Below, piece after piece: positions 63,012-64,000 of a stretch of 64,000 nucleotides of DNA; the first letter of the stretch is position 1; each line of letters begins with the position of its first letter. The position numbers and the translations under genes are program-made. Location: assembly GCA_001512685.1 (NCBI GenBank), contig LFSG01000028.1, positions 2,374 to 66,373 on the forward strand. The letters are read 5' to 3'. The notes under the pieces are model-generated. The model was given only the letters and a program-made list of their open reading frames with translations, ran no database searches and had not been told where the DNA came from. This DNA is from Clostridiales bacterium DTU072 (GTDB taxonomy: Bacteria; Bacillota; Clostridia; Christensenellales; DTU072).

Positions 63012-64000
63012 TCAATTAATGACTTTATTGTCCACTTCGTCCCTGACCGTTAAAATAAACGCGTCTTTGGTCATAACCCCCATATCGCCTTTTTGTCTTG
63101 AGCGCACCGAAATGGTGTTGTTGGCTTTTTCTTTATCGCCGATTATAACCATGTAGGGCACTTTCTCCAATTGCGCTTCCCTGATTTTGTAGCCGATTTT
63201 TTCGCCTCTGGTGTCGCTTTCGGCGCGGAAGCCCAAATTCCTCAATTTTTGCGTAAATAAAATGGCGTCTTCGGCGGTCCTGTCGGTTAAAGACAACACC
63301 TTTATTTGTACGGGAGCAAGCCAAGTGGGAAAAGCTCCCGCGTATTTTTCTATAAGCAAAGCCATGGTCCTTTCATAACATCCTATGGATGTGCGGTGAA
63401 TAATGTAAGGACGCGCCTTTTCGCCTTTTTCGTTAATGTAGGACATATCAAATTTTTCGGCCAGGAACATATCAATCTGCAATGTTATCAAAGTGTCTTC
63501 CTTGCCGTGCACATTTTTTATTTGTATGTCCAGCTTGGGGCCGTAAAAAGCCGCTTCCCCCACCGCTTCGGTATAAGCCAGCCCTATGTGGTCAAGTATC
63601 TTTTTCATTTCCCCTTCGGCGTATTCCCAAGCCGCGGGGTCGTTTATATATTTTTCGGTATTCTGGGGATCCCATTTGCTGAAACGGTAATATACGTCTT
63701 CTTCCAAGCCTATGCTTTTAAGCATATACCTTACCAGCTGCAAACAATCCTTGAATTCTTGCTCCAATTGTTCGGGGGCGCATATAATATGCCCTTCGCT
63801 TATGGTAAACTGCCTTACCCTTATTAAGCCGTGCATTTCTCCGCTGCTTTCATTTCTGAACAGCGTCGAGGTTTCGGCAAATCGGATGGGCAAATCGCGA
63901 TAGGATTTAAGCCCGTTGTTATATATGGTATATTGGAAAGGACAAGTCATCGGTCTTAAAGCAAGCACTTCTTCGCCTTTGTCTTCGTCGCCTATGACAA
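63012..64000 (-). CDS. thrS: threonine--tRNA ligase; N-terminal part lies outside the window
   Basis: Class II core and anticodon-binding domain: RPMTCPFQ, FRNESSGEMHGLIRVRQFT, HRTSIGCYERT, and a C-terminal segment VLSLTDR...IREAQLEKVPYMVIIGDKE. The reading frame stays open to the window edge. Confidence 0.9.
   Translation of the reverse strand, partial: VIGDEDKGEEVLALRPMTCPFQYTIYNNGLKSYRDLPIRFAETSTLFRNESSGEMHGLIRVRQFTISEGHIICAPEQLEQEFKDCLQLVRYMLKSIGLEEDVYYRFSKWDPQNTEKYINDPAAWEYAEGEMKKILDHIGLAYTEAVGEAAFYGPKLDIQIKNVHGKEDTLITLQIDMFLAEKFDMSYINEKGEKARPYIIHRTSIGCYERTMALLIEKYAGAFPTWLAPVQIKVLSLTDRTAEDAILFTQKLRNLGFRAESDTRGEKIGYKIREAQLEKVPYMVIIGDKEKANNTISVRSRQKGDMGVMTKDAFILTVRDEVDNKVIN

Overview
Low-GC, Firmicutes/Clostridia-like chromosomal segment. 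This assignment is an inference from PyrR attenuation, an L-box riboswitch, class 1B DHOD with PyrK, an L20-type leader before infC, and sigma-A-like TTGACA-N17-TATAAT promoters. About 50 genes are present and all are on the minus strand except asd-dapA-dapB. Housekeeping blocks, listed in transcription order:
- pyrR-pyrB-pyrC-pyrF-carA-pyrK-pyrD, with no carB
- a lysine-riboswitch-controlled asd-dapA-dapB operon
- lipoprotein-proS-lipoprotein
- parE-parC (topoisomerase IV-like)
- typA
- tandem PPi-type and ATP-type phosphofructokinases
- yebC-proA
- thrS / infC-rpmI-rplT / trmH-like
The accessory content is dominated by three giant cell-surface proteins of 2450, 3191 and 2519 aa, about 24.5 kb or roughly 38% of the window. 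One is a lipoprotein with about 30 Listeria-Bacteroides-type repeats. The other two are a tandem pair of paralogous type-I membrane-anchored proteins separated by 5 nt. The lipoprotein gene and the tandem pair each sit behind a perfect consensus promoter, and the two promoters share 15 identical nt from the -10 element onward.
Other points of interest:
- a CarA homologue whose glutaminase nucleophile Cys is Ser and whose triad Glu is Val
- a 922-aa P-loop/TPR protein with a C-terminal (inverted) SARP-like wHTH+BTAD module
- a frameshifted SAM methyltransferase
- proA interrupted by an in-frame TAA at a conserved Glu codon
- pfkA whose conserved N-terminus is only recovered from an ATA codon
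- an M28 peptidase with hydrophobic segments inserted between its metal-ligand motifs
I recognised no rRNA or tRNA genes, CRISPR arrays, transposases or integrases. All domain assignments come from reading motifs by eye, and no database search was run.
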